Positions 46,471-63,147 of a stretch of DNA of 64,000 bases are shown here, piece after piece (the first letter of the stretch is position 1; each line of letters starts with the position of its first letter). The notes under the pieces were generated by a model that saw only the letters and a list, made by a program, of their open reading frames with translations, made no database searches and was not told the origin of the DNA. The translations under genes and the position numbers were made by a program. Source of the stretch: the human T2T-CHM13v2.0 reference genome, Homo sapiens; the NCBI RefSeq assembly GCF_009914755.1, contig NC_060940.1; one strand, 5' to 3'.

Positions 46471-47612
46471 ATCTTGTAAAATCTGTCATAAAAGCAACCA
46501 GCTTCCCATGCAAAGTGGATACACTATTTTTCTTAAATTAAGTAGGTCATTTTAATAAGCTGTGGTTCAAACATACCATTTTCCTGTCATAGTCTAGAGG
46601 ATTTTGATTTATACTAATTATGCCTGGGACCTGGTGATACCCAAAGGCCAGAACTGTCCACGTGGGCTTCTGCAGCCACACCACCAAGCTGTTTGCTGAC
46701 AAGCTAGACAGCCAAAAGGAAGCACGGGCCACAAGAGAACCCAATGCAGAAGATATTCGTGCTCCATAATCGTCTTTAAATTAGAATAAAACTCCCCAAA
46801 TTGAATGCTGCCAGAAGTATTATATTTAAATTACTAGGTGAAGTGCTTACACATCTTTTCTGTGAGGCTTCGTGGCACCATTTCCACCGTTTCGGGGGAT
46901 GTGACAGAATTTTAATTATAAAACTTGGCGCTTGGAAGCTCTGGCTATCTGGTGGGAGGTGTGGTGCCAGAAATGAAATCTCGGAATGAGTAAGTCAATG
47001 TGGGAGAAAAAAAAAAGAAAAAAGAAAAATCGATGCTAACATTTCAAAGGCAGTAGGATGTGGGCATCCGTGAGGTGTGAGGCTGGGGGTGGGGACTCTT
47101 TTATGTTCTTGGAAAGGGATCTAGGCCACCTGAAATCATTCTGCTTGCTCTTCCGACTGACTCTCCTGGGCCAAAGCTTTGTGGGTCTTAGGGTTTCTAC
47201 TCTTATCTGCCAGAACTGCCGCGCCAGTGCCTGCTTGGGCAGAGCTGGAATGGCCATTAATGGGCACAGAAGTGCTGTGGGTTTCACTTTTTAAAAAATT
47301 ATTTGGCCACAGAATCCTTTCCATAATCAAAATCGTACATGACAGACCAATGTTGAAAAAACATTCCAAGCAAAGAAGCTTGCTCTTACAGAATAGCATC
47401 TGGAACTTCCAATGCCAGAGCCAGATCTGGGGCTGGACACGGCACAGTCTGAGGACCCCCGATCTACAGCCCCCTCATTTATCCTCTGAAGAAACTGAGG
47501 CCCGGAGAGGCAAGAGAACTTGCTAAATGGCCTGCTAGCGCTTAGTGGTGGGACAGAGCTGCTCCATCACCTTGAGGCTGTTTTTTTTTTTTTTTTTCAT
47601 AATTTAATGTAT

Positions 47613-47922
<310 letters not shown>

Positions 47923-48029
47923 TTTAATGGACAATGCATGTTAACTGAATAAATGGCATTTCCTTTGGAAGTCATGATGATGCTGTAATTTCCAAAAAGC
48001 TCCTTGGAATCAGTTCACGTCCATGTGTT

Positions 48030-48620
48030 TGATTCATTTGTCTATTGAGTATCATACTGGGAGCCTTTGCTTTGCCAGGCCCTGTGAGAGGTGCTGGCAA
48101 TATGAGGGTGACCAAGACAGATGAGTCCCTGCTGTCCTCGCACTCAGTGCTCGTTGGGGGAGATGAGCAAGTAAACAAGCAGGGAATAGAATCAGAGAGT
48201 ATTAATGACTATGCAGATTAAGAGTGAGGCAACGGCTAGTTTAAATTAGACAGACAGGGCCAGGCGCCACGCCTGTGATTCCAGCAGTTTGGGAGGCCAA
48301 GGCGGGCAGATTACTTGAGGTCATGAATTTGAGAACATCCTGGCCAACATGGTGAAACCTCATCTCTACTAAAAATACAAAAAATTAGCTGGATGTGGTG
48401 GTGCATCCCTATAGTCTCAGCTACTTGGGAGGCTGAGGTGAGAGGAATACTTTAACCTGGGAGGCGGAAACCACAGTGAGCCGAAATCATGCCACTGCAC
48501 TCCAGCCTGGGTGAGAGATTCTGTCTCAAAACTAAATAAATAAATTAAATAAATAAATAAATAAATAAATAAGATAGGAAAGGCCTCTCTGAAGTGGTGA
48601 CATTTAAGCTGAGATCTAAA
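48030..48620 (-). mobile_element. L2 fragment split by an Alu
   Basis: TTTGCCAGGCCCTGTG..GGTGACATTTAAGCTGAGATCT. Confidence 0.6.
48258..48571 (+). mobile_element. AluS with (TAAA)n tail
   Basis: Dimer. Confidence 0.93.
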
Positions 48621-48989
48621 TGGCAAGTAAGGGCCAGTGATAACCTTTTTAAATTCCATGGCCACTTTCCCACCCATCACACTGAGCTCACTATCACCTT
48701 AGAATGGACTCTGGTTTCAAGCCTCCTTTCCCTTCTTAATTCCTTTTTCAGAGTTAAAGAAAAAAAAAGTGAACAAAAATACCTCTGCACACGTTACAGA
48801 ACAAATTGTACATGTACATAAACCCAACAGTCCTCAACTTACAGCACAGTGTTCAATTACAATGGGCCAGAAGTCAATCTGAACAAAGGCTGCATGAAAC
48901 CCTGGTGTGTGCATCTCATGGAGAAAGACAGCAATATGGCACATCCAGCAGGGACTGAGGGAGTCCACTGTCATTCACTGAGCACTGAC

Positions 48990-49518
48990 TGTGTTGGCAG
49001 AAAGACTCTAAGATGCCCCCCAAATCCCTGCCTCCTGATATTCACATCCCTGTGCAACACCCTCCCTTTGAGTGTGGGCTGCAACTTGCTTCTAATAAAC
49101 AGAATATGATGATGGCAGTCCCTTCCAAGAGTGGGCTAAAAGAAGACCATGACTTTCATCTCTTTCTCTTTCTCAGAGCCCTTGCTCTGGAGATTAAAAA
49201 CTGTCATGTTGTGAATATCCCTACAGAGAGGCCAATGTGCTGAGGAACAGAGGGAAACCTCTGGCCAAAAGCCCATGAGAAACCAATCCTGCCAACAACC
49301 ATGTGAGTCAGCTTGGAAGAGGACACTCCTCTGTTGAGCTTTCAGATGACACCACAGCCCCAACAGATACCTTGACTGAAGCCTTATAAGACTCTGTGGC
49401 AGATGAACTCAACTAAGCTGTACCCAGATTCCTCACAAAATCCTGTGACATGATACATATTTGCTTTTTAAGCTGTGAAACTTCAGGGTAATTTGTTACA
49501 CAGTAACAGATCCCTACA
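48990..49518 (+). mobile_element. MLT1 LTR
   Basis: CCTCCCTTTGAGTGTGGGCT..GGTAATTTGTTACACAG. Confidence 0.7.
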
Positions 49519-50247
49519 AATGAGGCATTAGGGATAAATGGTCAAGAAGTAGACAACAAGATTTCCTGAAGATCTGACCATTTTGTCATGAAAAAAAAAA
49601 AAACTGAGACTCTGCTTTGTGTCTTTATGTTATTAATCATTTATTTTACTTGCATAATAACCTTTTTTACACCAATGAATGCTTCTAGCTGTGTTTCTAC
49701 TTTTGAGGCTGTTTGCAGAGCCATTTAAGCTGGATGAATTAATCAGAACCAGATAAGGGAGGTGAACATAGGCACCCCAAAGTAGCAGCATAAATCAACC
49801 TTCTACAACAGAGTTTATGAACAGCTCCCTATAGCAAACATTTTAACAAATCGTTTCCTATGACGAATAGTCAGAATTTCAAAAAGTCAATAGTCCTTGA
49901 AGCTATTAAAACAAATCTTTCATTATTACTTGTTTACTTACTAAAAACTTAGAATCTCAATTTTATGTGACAAAGTACAAAATAAACAGATTTGACCTAA
50001 AATAAACGACAGCTCACATATCAGTATTCAATCTACCTTACTTATCTAATGAGGTAATTTGTTTACTCAGGAATCTTCATTCTCCAAAGGAACTGGATGC
50101 TCTTAAGGTTCCTGCTACAGAAGCTGGTGGTCTTTGGTCTCATCGTAATTTCTTTTTATCAAGACTGAATTAAAGATATTTGGAGCTTACAATGCTTAAT
50201 TCTAGAAGGAGGAATCTCTTTTAAATGTATACCTCTCCATCCCTTAA

Positions 50248-50780
<533 letters not shown>

Positions 50781-51199
50781 TAACAATACTTGCATTAAAA
50801 TTATTTCACCAAAGCCCAGAGTTACCCCCAGGGTACAGTCCCCAGGCACAGTCCAGCTTTTCTGGAAACCCTCTGGAAGCACTCTTTTAGCAACTTGAGC
50901 CATGGAAGTATGGATAAACTGAGGTCCACTCCTGAAGCACTCTGAGTATGACAGTATTTGTCATTACTGGAAAAAAAAAAAAAACCAAAAGACACTCAGG
51001 GGTCCAGTTTTTTCCCCCTACCTTTCCTAGCTTAAATATGAGATTACTCGGTCAAACAGTACATGCCTGACAATGCTAATTAACGAGGAGAACTAGCCTG
51101 GCAATGAGCCTGATGAAGAGGGACAAGGTGAGGGTTACCTGACAGCAGAAAGCAGCAGGTTGCTCATGGCACAGAGATGGCAGGGCTGGGCCACAGCCT

Positions 51200-51345
51200 T
51201 ATTCCTCCAGGTGTGACATCAGCGTCGCCTGGGAGCACATTCACAATGCAGAATCTCTGGCCCCAGCCCAGATCCACTGGGTGAGGATCTGCATTTTACT
51301 GAACCCCGGGGTGACCTATGCGCACATCCAAATTTGGGAAGCACC
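51200..51345. mobile_element. MER5-type hAT fragment
   Basis: AATGCAGAATCTCTGGCCCCAGCCCAGA..ATCTGCATTTTA..TTTGGGAAGCAC. Confidence 0.6.
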
Positions 51346-51672
51346 AGCCTACATACAACTAACCAAGGAACTCGAGTGGCCTGCAACTTACATGGGTTGG
51401 AGGAGAAACAGAAGCACAGTGACTTTCGTTTCCTTAAACTAACACTTCAGAGGGGCTTTGTTCAGGTTGTTAGTGGTGGTATATTTTTTATTTTGTTTTG
51501 GTTTGGTTTTGCATACTTCTCTGGTCATTGTTAGGTCTCTGCCTATGTACAGGTCATGGATTTGGCCCTAAATATTTCTTATTTCTCTGTATTATTCATT
51601 ACTATCTAGTCATCACCCTTTACATTGCCTTGCAAAACTAAGTGTCAAGATTCTTTGAAAAGTAAGAAGTTG

Positions 51673-51949
51673 GGTTGGGCATGGTGGCTCACACCTGTAA
51701 TCCCAGCACTTTGGGAGGCCAAGGCGGGTGGATCACGAGGTCAAAAGATCAAGACCATCCTGGCCAACATGGTGAAACCTCGTCTCTACTAAAAACACAA
51801 AAATTAGTCAGGCATGGTGGCATGCGCCTGTAGTCCCAGCTACTCAGGAGGCCGGAGAATCTCTTGAACTGGGAGGCGGAGGTTGCAGTGAGCCGAGATC
51901 GTGCCACTGCACTCCAGCCTGGGTGACAGAGAGAGACTCCATCTCAAAA
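51673..51949 (+). mobile_element. AluS
   Basis: TSD AAAAGTAAGAAGTT. Confidence 0.95.
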
Positions 51950-52429
51950 GTAAGAAGTTAATCAGGGAATCCATTACTAATTAGTATGTTCTAATTTATT
52001 ACTACATGACTTCATGGAAAAAGCACCCATTACCAAGTATGAGTATATAGCACATATGTATGTGTACACCCATACGTACACACACACATACATACACGTT
52101 TTCCAGTGCACAACAGAGAAGTCTGTATTTTTCTTCCCAAATTGACTTAAAAAAATTAACCCAGTCAGGGGCCCTAACTGATGACTATGATGAAAACCAA
52201 GGTCAAATTTTGAGACAAATATGTGTGGAAGGAATAAAAGAAAAAAGTATTGATTAAGATCTCATTTCTGACCCAGATGATATCAAAACAAGACTATAAA
52301 CTTTGGAAACAACTCATACAAAGCTCTGGATAATGCCTATAGGGTATTTAGTGTTCATACGTGGTAAAAACATACATTTATTTAATTAAAACACCTATAT
52401 CTGTTATGAATAAGAATATCCAGAATGAA

Positions 52430-52736
52430 TTTTTCTTTCTTTCTTTTTTTTTTTTGAGATGGAGTCTCACTCTGTCACTCAGACTGCAGTGCGGTGGCGT
52501 GGTCTCAGCTCACTGCAACCTCTGCGTCTCGGTTCAAGTGATTCTCCCACCTTAGCCTCCTGAGCAGCTGGGATTATACAGGCATGTGCCACCACACCTG
52601 GCTCATTTTTGTATTTTTAGTAGAGATGGGGTTTCACTATGTTGGCCAGGCTGGTTTTGAACTCCTGACCTCGTGATCTGCCCGTCTCAGCCTCCCAAAG
52701 TGCTGAGATTACAGGCATGAGCCACCACACCTGGCC
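52430..52736 (-). mobile_element. AluS
   Basis: Antisense dimer. Confidence 0.94.
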
Positions 52737-52789
52737 AGCGAATTTAACTTTTTCAACGTTAATTTTTTGACAGATTCATAGAGAAGTTA

Positions 52790-53345
52790 ATTTAGCTGTC
52801 TACTGCTGTGTAACAAACTACCACAAATGTATCAGCTTCAAACAACCCACATTTATTATCTTATAGCCTCTGTGGGAGTCTGGCATGGTTTAGCTGGTCC
52901 TCTGCAAGGTCTCTCACAAGCTGCAACAGAAGTGTTGGTCAATGCTGAGGTCTCATCTGAAGACTCACATGGGGCAGGATCCGTTTCCAAGCTCACTTAC
53001 ATAGTGGTTAGTAGGATTCAGCTCCTTGTAGGTTGTAGGACTGATGGCTTCAGTTCCTCACTGGCTGCTGCCTGGAGGATGCCTTCAGTTCCTTGCCATA
53101 TGGGCCTCTCCAATATGGCAGCTTGCAATATGGAGACTTGCCTCATCGAACCACACAAGGCAGAGGGTCTGCTAGCAAATGGAAGCTACAATCTTATATA
53201 ACATCATGATGGAATTAACACCCCATCACTTTTGCTGTGTTCTGCTCATTACAATCAAGTTACCAGGGCAGCCCACCTTAAGGGCAGGGGATCACACAAA
53301 GCATGAACACCTGGAGGTGAAATCACTGGGCTCAGCTGAGAGTCA
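52790..53345 (-). mobile_element. MLT1 LTR
   Basis: CTGCTGTGTAACAAACTACCAC..CATTTATTATC..TTCCTTGCCATATGGGCCTCTCC. Confidence 0.7.
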
Positions 53346-54569
53346 GCCATGGATGGTAATATAAACCTGAGGGCTAGTCTCACATACTTAACTTATCTCA
53401 GTTAATGTCACATTTGTACCTGACCTTCCAGTACTGCACTCAATAAGGCCATTTATTGTAGCTCATCCTGGTGAGATCAGAAGGCTTAACTCACAGAAGC
53501 CCGCCTTTTCCTACCTAAGTACTAGAAATTGTCAGTGCTGGAAGGACTCTCAGAGTTACTGTAACCAGCCTTTCATTAAACCAAGGGGGAGATGCTGAGG
53601 TCTGGGTAGTGAGGGGGAAGGGAGATGGGGCTTAGGCATGCCTCAAGTTCAAGGTCACACAATAAAGACCCAGCAACTTCTACCCAAGAGCTATTCAGAA
53701 CCTCAGTGCTGCTGGGCTGGATGGCCTGGAGTGGTGAGAGCCATGATGAAGACAGAACATGCTCTGGGCTTCCCTCAAGTTATCCACCTCAATACTGACA
53801 TCTTCTCTCCAAAAAGTTTCCTTCAAATGGAACGTCTTGATAAATGGGCTGTACACAAAGACAATGATGGCAAGACCCAGAGCTTTTCCCTGGTCGGCCG
53901 TGATGTTCAGGGTCCCTGCCAATAGCACAGGGTTGATTTGAGGCACAGGCGGGGACCCAGACATCTGTCTCCTGTGAGTGCTCAGTGGTGATCTCTTCCA
54001 GAGATTACAAACTCGACGTCTGTGGATGAGGTCTGCTTAGCAGATGTGTGCTGTTGGGCCCAGGCAGCGTTTATAAACTTCTGAATTTGTTGCCAACCTT
54101 TTTAATTCATGAGTTTCATAAATATACCTGGCTTTCTGGATTCTCTTGGAAAATCTGGCCACATCAGACCCAAATGAAGCATGCTAGTGACTCTCTGGGT
54201 CTGTACAGTGGTTGTGCCTTCACATGGGGTTTGTGCTCTCAAATTTGCCACAGTCCCCACCTGGCCCAATTTACCACCTGGCTGCTGTTGGCATCTGCAA
54301 TGACAAACCCTTATCTATGGTAATCTTTCCATTTTGCTTAGAGGTGAGGAAGAGGAGACCCAGCAAAGGAAAATACATTGACTGAAATCTACAAAGGCTA
54401 AGGGGCAAACCAGGCCCCCACCTTTGCAAATTCTGCCACAGACATCACTCGCCCACATTTCAGGACAGCTGAAATTACTATAGAGAAGACATATCCAAGC
54501 CAGGAATGCCTAGGTCTAGCCAAACAACAAGCCAGGAAAAAAGAAAAATAAGCTAATGAGTTACCATAA

Positions 54570-54860
<291 letters not shown>

Positions 54861-55670
54861 GTTGCCATAATTTTCTAAATCGAATTATAAAATTAACTTT
54901 GAAACACTTTTAAATGAAAAATTGACCTTAGAAATCAGAGTCACCTGTTGTATAGAGAATAACAAGATCTGGCCACTTCCACATTTCGGCTAACTTATAA
55001 AAGACTGTCACAGAAACCATATTTCAAAACTGAGGGATAAATACACAGTGAATTTTGGGTAATATCAAGCTAAGGACAGAAAGGCCTGTAGGTTTTCTTT
55101 AAACATTATCAGGTGCAAAGCAATTGCACTCAGAGAAGAATCTTAAAAACCTGGAAGAATTCACGCAATGCTTTACCATTAATCTTTCCTATGAGCCTCT
55201 GTTTATGTGCCAATATCCTGCCTGAAAGACAGATATTCAAATTGCAATTGCTCTTTACCGCTGAACTTTTAAAATCACAAACTAAATGTTTTCTTGGATT
55301 TGTCTCTGCTAATACATTTCCTCTCTCATTTTTATTATCCCTTTTAGGCATATTTGTCAATGTTAATGAAAGCTGACTTTTTAATATATACCAAGAATTA
55401 GAAATTTTATTGATTTTTTCACTATTACCAGTTAAGCAATGACTAACTATAATGAAGGTGCCCCCAAAAGCAAATGAATCACTGTTTTCATCACTCAACT
55501 AGGAAAAGGCCTGGGGGCCAGCCACGTTATTAAGTAATACCTAACATTATAATAATTTCTGCTCTCATGATGTGCTAAACCTGTTACTTGTATGCAACCT
55601 CAAATAATTCACGGTAGAATACAATGATAAATAGCTTTCTTAACTTGATTTTCATAAGAAAAGTCACATT

Positions 55671-56043
<373 letters not shown>

Positions 56044-56078
56044 TTAAATTCAACACTTCCACAGGCAAATCCATCATC

Positions 56079-56450
56079 TTTTTTTTTTTTTTAATTTTAC
56101 TTTAAGTTCTGGGATACATGTGCAGAACACGCAGGTTTGTTACATAGGTATACATGTGCCATGGTGGTCTGCTGCCCCATCAACCCGTCCTCTAGGTTTT
56201 AAGCCCCGCATGCATTAGGTATTTGTCCTAATGCTCTCCCTCCCCTTGCCCCCGACCTCCCAACAGGCCCTGGTGTGTGATGTTCCCCTCCCTGTGTCCA
56301 AGTGTTCTCATTGTTCAACTCCTGCTTATGAGTGAGAACATGCGGTGTTTGGTTTTCTGTTCCTGTGTTAGTTTGCTGAGAATGATGGCTTCTAGCTTCA
56401 TCTGTGTCCCTGCAAAGGACATGAGCTCATTCTTTTCTATGGCTGCACAT
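56079..56450 (-). mobile_element. 5'-truncated L1PA 3' end
   Basis: poly(T) then TTTAAGTTCTGGGATACATGTGCAGAAC..GAGTGAGAACATGCGGTGTTTGG; CATCTTT flanks. Confidence 0.9.
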
Positions 56451-56987
56451 CTTTCTTTAAGACTGGCTCCCTCCCTAGATCTTGCTAATTTTGCCACCAT
56501 CATCCCTAGTCCCCCAGTCTACAGATCTTAAGATCATGTGTCATCCTGTGCATGTAGACAGCCAAGTTGCATCATTCCACGTCTACAACATCCCTGCAGC
56601 AGCCCCACCTTACCGTTCCCATCACCAACTACTCTTGGGCCAGGTATTCATGGTTCCCACCTGGGAGAAGGAGGCTGGCAGGATGGCTCCCTGCAGCTCT
56701 CCCTACTCCAGTCCATCTCAGGCAGTTGCTGCCATTATGTCTCTTCCCAACCCCTTAACCAGATCATCAAATTCCTGGCTACAGAGCCACCATCCTGAAA
56801 GCTCCAGGGCAGGCCCACGTTTGCATTCCCTTTCTGGCATATCAGCAGCTTTTATTATTGAGTCTGGCACGTGGCAGGCATCAGTCAATATTTGGTGAAG
56901 AAATGGATGAAGACATCAATGGATCCCCACTCATCCACTCATTCTAGCACTTGGGCCTAAAGGGGCCCAAAGTTCTTCCAGCGGTAT

Positions 56988-57309
<322 letters not shown>

Positions 57310-57319
57310 TGATGGACCA

Positions 57320-57533
57320 GTGGCTGTAGTCCCATCAGACCAGGGATGATTCTGACACATAACAATGTCTACAGACATTTTGAGGTATCACACTGGGAAG
57401 TGGGTGGTGCTGCTGGAATCCAGTGGATAAAGGCTGGAGATGCTGCTAAACATCTCATAATGCACAGGACAGGAACCCACAACAAAATCCAGCCCATAAA
57501 CATCAACAATGCTGGGGGGTTGAAAAACCCTGT
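57320..57533. mobile_element. MER20 (hAT-Charlie)
   Basis: CAATGTCTACAGACATTTTG..GATGCTGCTAAACATC..GTTGAAAAACCCTG. Confidence 0.75.
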
Positions 57534-57601
57534 TTAAGACATACCACAGGAATCCCCCCAGATAGACCACTATCTGCTTCTCCAACACACCCTATACTTC
57601 C

Positions 57602-57964
57602 TGATATGGTTTGGCTGTGTCCCCACCCAAATCTCATCTTGAATTGTAGCTCCCATAATTCCCACATGTCATGGGAAGGACCTGGTGGGAGGTAACTGAA
57701 TCATGGGGGCTGGTCTTTCCCATGCTGTTCGCATGATAGTGAATAAGTCTCACGAGATCTGATGGTTTTATAAAGCGCAGTTCCCCTGCACACGCTCTCT
57801 TGCCTGCCACCATGTAAGACATGCCTTTGCTCTTCCTTTGTCTTCCCCCATGATTGTGAGGCCTCCCCAGCCATGTGAAGTGTCAGTCCATTAAACCTCT
57901 TTCCTTTATAAATTACCCAGTCTTGGGTCTGTCTTTATTAGCAGCATGAGAACGGATTAGTACA
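57602..57964 (+). mobile_element. THE1B/C-type solo LTR, intact
   Basis: TGATATGGTTTGGCTGTGTCCCCACCCAAATCTC...GGATTAGTACA; CTTCC on both flanks. Confidence 0.92.
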
Positions 57965-58479
57965 CTTCCCCTCCTCTTTCTGGTATACGCTCTCCATTCC
58001 ACCAACTCTTCCTGCTGAAATCCCTTCTACCCTTCCCTGCCAGCTCAAATGCTCCCTGCCCTGTAGGCAGATGCAGCTTGGCCTCCTTCACTCATTCAAG
58101 CAGGTATGTTCTGAGCACCTGCTCTATGGCACTGGCTGTCAGTGGTTGGACATTCAACAGTGAGCAATGCTGATGGATCCTGTTCCTTAAAACCTTACAC
58201 GATAGCGGGGGAGATGCACAACAAACAAGCAAATAACTAAGTTAGTTACACAAGTCAATTACACACTTCGCTCTTTACAACTGCAGGGTCATCAGGCTGA
58301 TTGCAAGACAGAGTGGCCAGTGGGTGGGGCTGTGGAGACGCGCTCCAGGGAGGGGGCACTGCAAGTACCCAGACCCTAAGTCACCAGAAGGCTGGAGCGG
58401 GAGGCGGGGATAGACCATGCTGACAACAGACTTTGGGCCTCTATCTCCTGAAACCCTTAACTGAGTTCCAGTGGAGCTC

Positions 58480-58700
58480 AGACTGAGGCCTGAGTGCCCA
58501 AGTTCAACTCCCATTTCTACCCTTTACCAGCTACGTGACATGATGCAAGTTCCTGAACCTCTCTGGGACTCAGTCTCCTTATCTGCACAGTAGGAATAAC
58601 AGCTCCTACCTCAAAAGGGTTGTTGAGAAGAATTAATGACTTAAAACATGTAAAGCATTTGGACTAGACACAGAGCAAGTGGTCAAAAGTGAGTTACTCG
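58480..58700 (+). mobile_element. MIR
   Basis: AACCTCTCTGGGACTCAGTCTCCTTATCTG. Confidence 0.7.
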
Positions 58701-59204
58701 TGCCATGACTACCATTCACAGTAACCCCTACCCTTATCTTAGCAGAGACAGGCTTTTTAAAGACTCACCTATCTCTTGGTTCCCACAGCACATGGTGGGG
58801 CTGAGAAAACATCTGATGAGAGACACATATATATTTACATGCTTTGGTCTTAACATCTTTTCCTTTATATACTGTGGATATTGCTTTGGTTATAAAGCAG
58901 GAAAGATGGGAAGCTTCACAGCCGCCTGCAGGCTTTCTAGCTAAAGAGCAAATGGCAACAAAATGCAATTTTTGCAGTTTCTCACAATAGCAATCTGCAT
59001 AGTGAATCACAATCTAAATGTCTCCAGCAATACCCTTCAACTGCTCTGGGGACTAATCTTATTTCAGCAGTTTAAAAAAAAAAATCACACACCAAAGAGT
59101 AGCTAAACAATATTTACCACTTTGGGACTCTTTCTGACTTAACAATCGTAATGTCCCCACTGTGAAGCTGCCAGAATGGTATGCAGCAGATAAGAGTGTC
59201 CTTC

Positions 59205-59462
59205 ATTAGTGGCTGTTTAGGGGTTGGGGGTCTTTGGGGGCAGTTTCAGCACGGGGTGCAGGGTTTCTTCTTGGATTAAGGAAAATGTTCTAAAATTGAT
59301 TGTGATGGTTGTACACCTCTGTGAATACACTAAAAGCCACTGAATTGTACACATTTACACTGTTGAATCAGAAAGAAGCCCAAAGTGGTAAATATTATTT
59401 AATTAACAATTCACATGGTGAACTGTAGGGTATGCTAACAGTTGTTAAAGGAAAAAAAAAAA
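59205..59462 (+). mobile_element. L1M 3' UTR fragment
   Basis: GAAAATGTTCTAAAATTGATTGTGATGGTTG..CACTGAATTGTACAC. Confidence 0.7.
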
Positions 59463-59559
59463 ATAGTGTCCTTCAGGACCCTGTCCCTCCCCCCACCCCC
59501 AAAATAATTAACTGTGACAGCAATATCCTCAAGAGTCTCCAAATGACTTGTCCTAAGTA

Positions 59560-59783
59560 CAGGTTGCATATCTCTTATCTGAAATGCTTGGGACCAGAAG
59601 AGTTTCAGATTCCAGACTTTTTTCAGATTTTGGAACATTTGCATATGCAAACTGGTAGTGCATTCCTAATCTGTAAAATCTGAAATCCGAAATGCTTTTG
59701 AGCATGACCTTTGATCATCAAGTCAGTGCTCAAAAAGTTTCGGTCGGATCTTAGAGCATTTTGCAATAGGGATGCTCAACCTG
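59560..59783. mobile_element. Tigger4a (MER46A) MITE
   Basis: TIRs CAGGTTGCATATC / GGGATGCTCAACCTG with TA flanks. Confidence 0.8.
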
Positions 59784-60381
59784 TACAAAGGTAAATTTAC
59801 CCAACCTCTCTTTTCTTGGCCTAAATGCATCCAAAAGGCAGTTTTTGAGACACACAAAAGATTCTGAGTCATGGCTTGGCTGCCACAATGGCCGTCCTTC
59901 CAAAATCTTTATCTGCAACTCTTCAGAGAACTAAGAAAGCAGATGGGCTGGGACTTCGTGGCCAGGCGGCTTTTGGCATCACTGGCTTTGGCTGACGCCA
60001 TTCGAGACAACGGTTAAAGAGGGGAAAAGACATTTCCAGAACCTCTCTCACTTTTCAAGAGCAGAACTCCACTTGGGGTTTGCCTGGTTTTGGTGGATAT
60101 TTGCTGTTATTTTTTTTCCCATTTCCCTAACAAGACAGCAGGCAGCTGCTGTCCCAGGCAGCACTCTGGGAAGAACTGGTAGAAGGCGCCTTCTCTGGGC
60201 AGAAGCAGCTGTGTAGGCACATGGCCAGGCTAACAGAAGCCCCAGATGCAAAGAGAAGGTAACCCTTCCCCCGGGCAGATGTGCTCCATGTGAGGGCACC
60301 CACCTGGTAGGCAAAACCTCTGCCTCTAGATGCTCTGGAGTAGTGCACACAGTGCACAGCCACCTGGTGTAGTCATGCAAC

Positions 60382-60671
60382 TTTTTTTTTTTTCAGAGTC
60401 TCGCTCTGTGGCCCAGCCTGGAGTACAGTGGCATGATCTTGGCTCACTGCAAACTCCGCCTCCCAGGCGCATGCAGTTCTCCTGCCTCAGCCTCCAGAGT
60501 AGCTAGGATTACAGGTGCCAGCCACCATGCTCAGCTAATCATTGTATTTTTAGTACAGATGGGGTTTCACCATGTTGGCCAGGCTGGTCTCAAACTCCTG
60601 ACCTCAAGCGATCCACTCGCCTCAGCCTCCCAAAGTGTTAGGATTACAGGCGTGAGCCACTGTACCCAGCC
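60382..60671 (-). mobile_element. AluS
   Basis: CAACTT flanks. Confidence 0.94.
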
Positions 60672-60833
60672 AACAACTTCTATTGGTTTGATCAACACCT
60701 TGGTCTCAGCTTTGTTTAGTCCGGAGACTCCATGGTACATGAGAGCAGTGGGTTGGACAGATACACCCAGGTGACCCAGGTGGAGTGTATTCATTCATAC
60801 TCATCCATTTACTCAATATTAAATGGTCACTGA

Positions 60834-62298
<1,465 letters not shown>

Positions 62299-62300
62299 TA

Positions 62301-62598
62301 GGCCAGGTGCGGTGGCTCATGCCTGTAATCCCAGCACTTTTGGAGGCTAAGGCAGGAGGATTGCTCGGGTCCAAGAGTTCAAGACTAACCTGAGTGACAC
62401 AGCGAAACTGTCTCTACAAAAAATATAAAAATCAGCCAGGCGTGGTAGCACCTTCTCTGTTCCTAGCTACTCAGGAGGTGGAGGTGGGAGGATCGAGCAT
62501 GGCTTGAGCCCAGGAGGGGGAGGCTGCAGTGGGCGGAGATCATGCCACTGCACTCCAGCATAGGTGACAGAGTAAGACCCTGTCTCCAAAAAAAATTT
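62301..62598 (+). mobile_element. AluJ-like
   Basis: AAAAAATTT flanks. Confidence 0.92.
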
Positions 62599-62604
62599 TA
62601 AAGC

Positions 62605-63147
62605 AGGCAAGGCCCAGTGGCTCACACCTGTAATCCTAGCACAGGGATTTCCAATCTTTTGGCTTTCCTGGGCCACAACGGAAGAACTGTCTTGGGCCAC
62701 ACATGAAATACACTAACATTAATGATAGCTGATGAGCTTGAAAAAAAAATGGCAAAAAATTCCGAACTTTTAAGAAAGTTTAGGAATTTGTGCTGGGACA
62801 CATTCAAAGCCATCCTGGGCCACATGTGGCCAGCAGACCATGGGTTGGACAAGCTTGTCCTAACAGTTTGGGAGGCTGAGGTGGGAGGATAGCTTCAGTT
62901 CAGGAGTTCAAGACCAGCCTGGACAACACAGTAAGACCTTGTCTCTACAAAAAAATACTTAAAAATTAGCCAGGCATGGTGGTGCACGCCTGTAGTCTCA
63001 GCTACTCAGGAGGCTGAGGTGGGAGGATCACTTAAGCACCACAGGTTGAGGCTGCAAATCAGCCATGATCACACCACTGTACTCCAGCCTGGGTGACAGA
63101 GCAAGACCACCTCAAAAGAAATAAAATACAATAAATAAATAAATAAA
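62605..63147 (+). mobile_element. AluJ-like interrupted by MER30
   Basis: Alu resumes at 62858 after MER30. Confidence 0.92.
62642..62857 (+). mobile_element. MER30 (hAT-Charlie) inserted in an Alu
   Basis: CAGGGATTTCCAATCTTTTGGC...GGGTTGGACAAGCTTG; 8-bp TSD TCCTAGCA/TCCTAACA. Confidence 0.88.
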
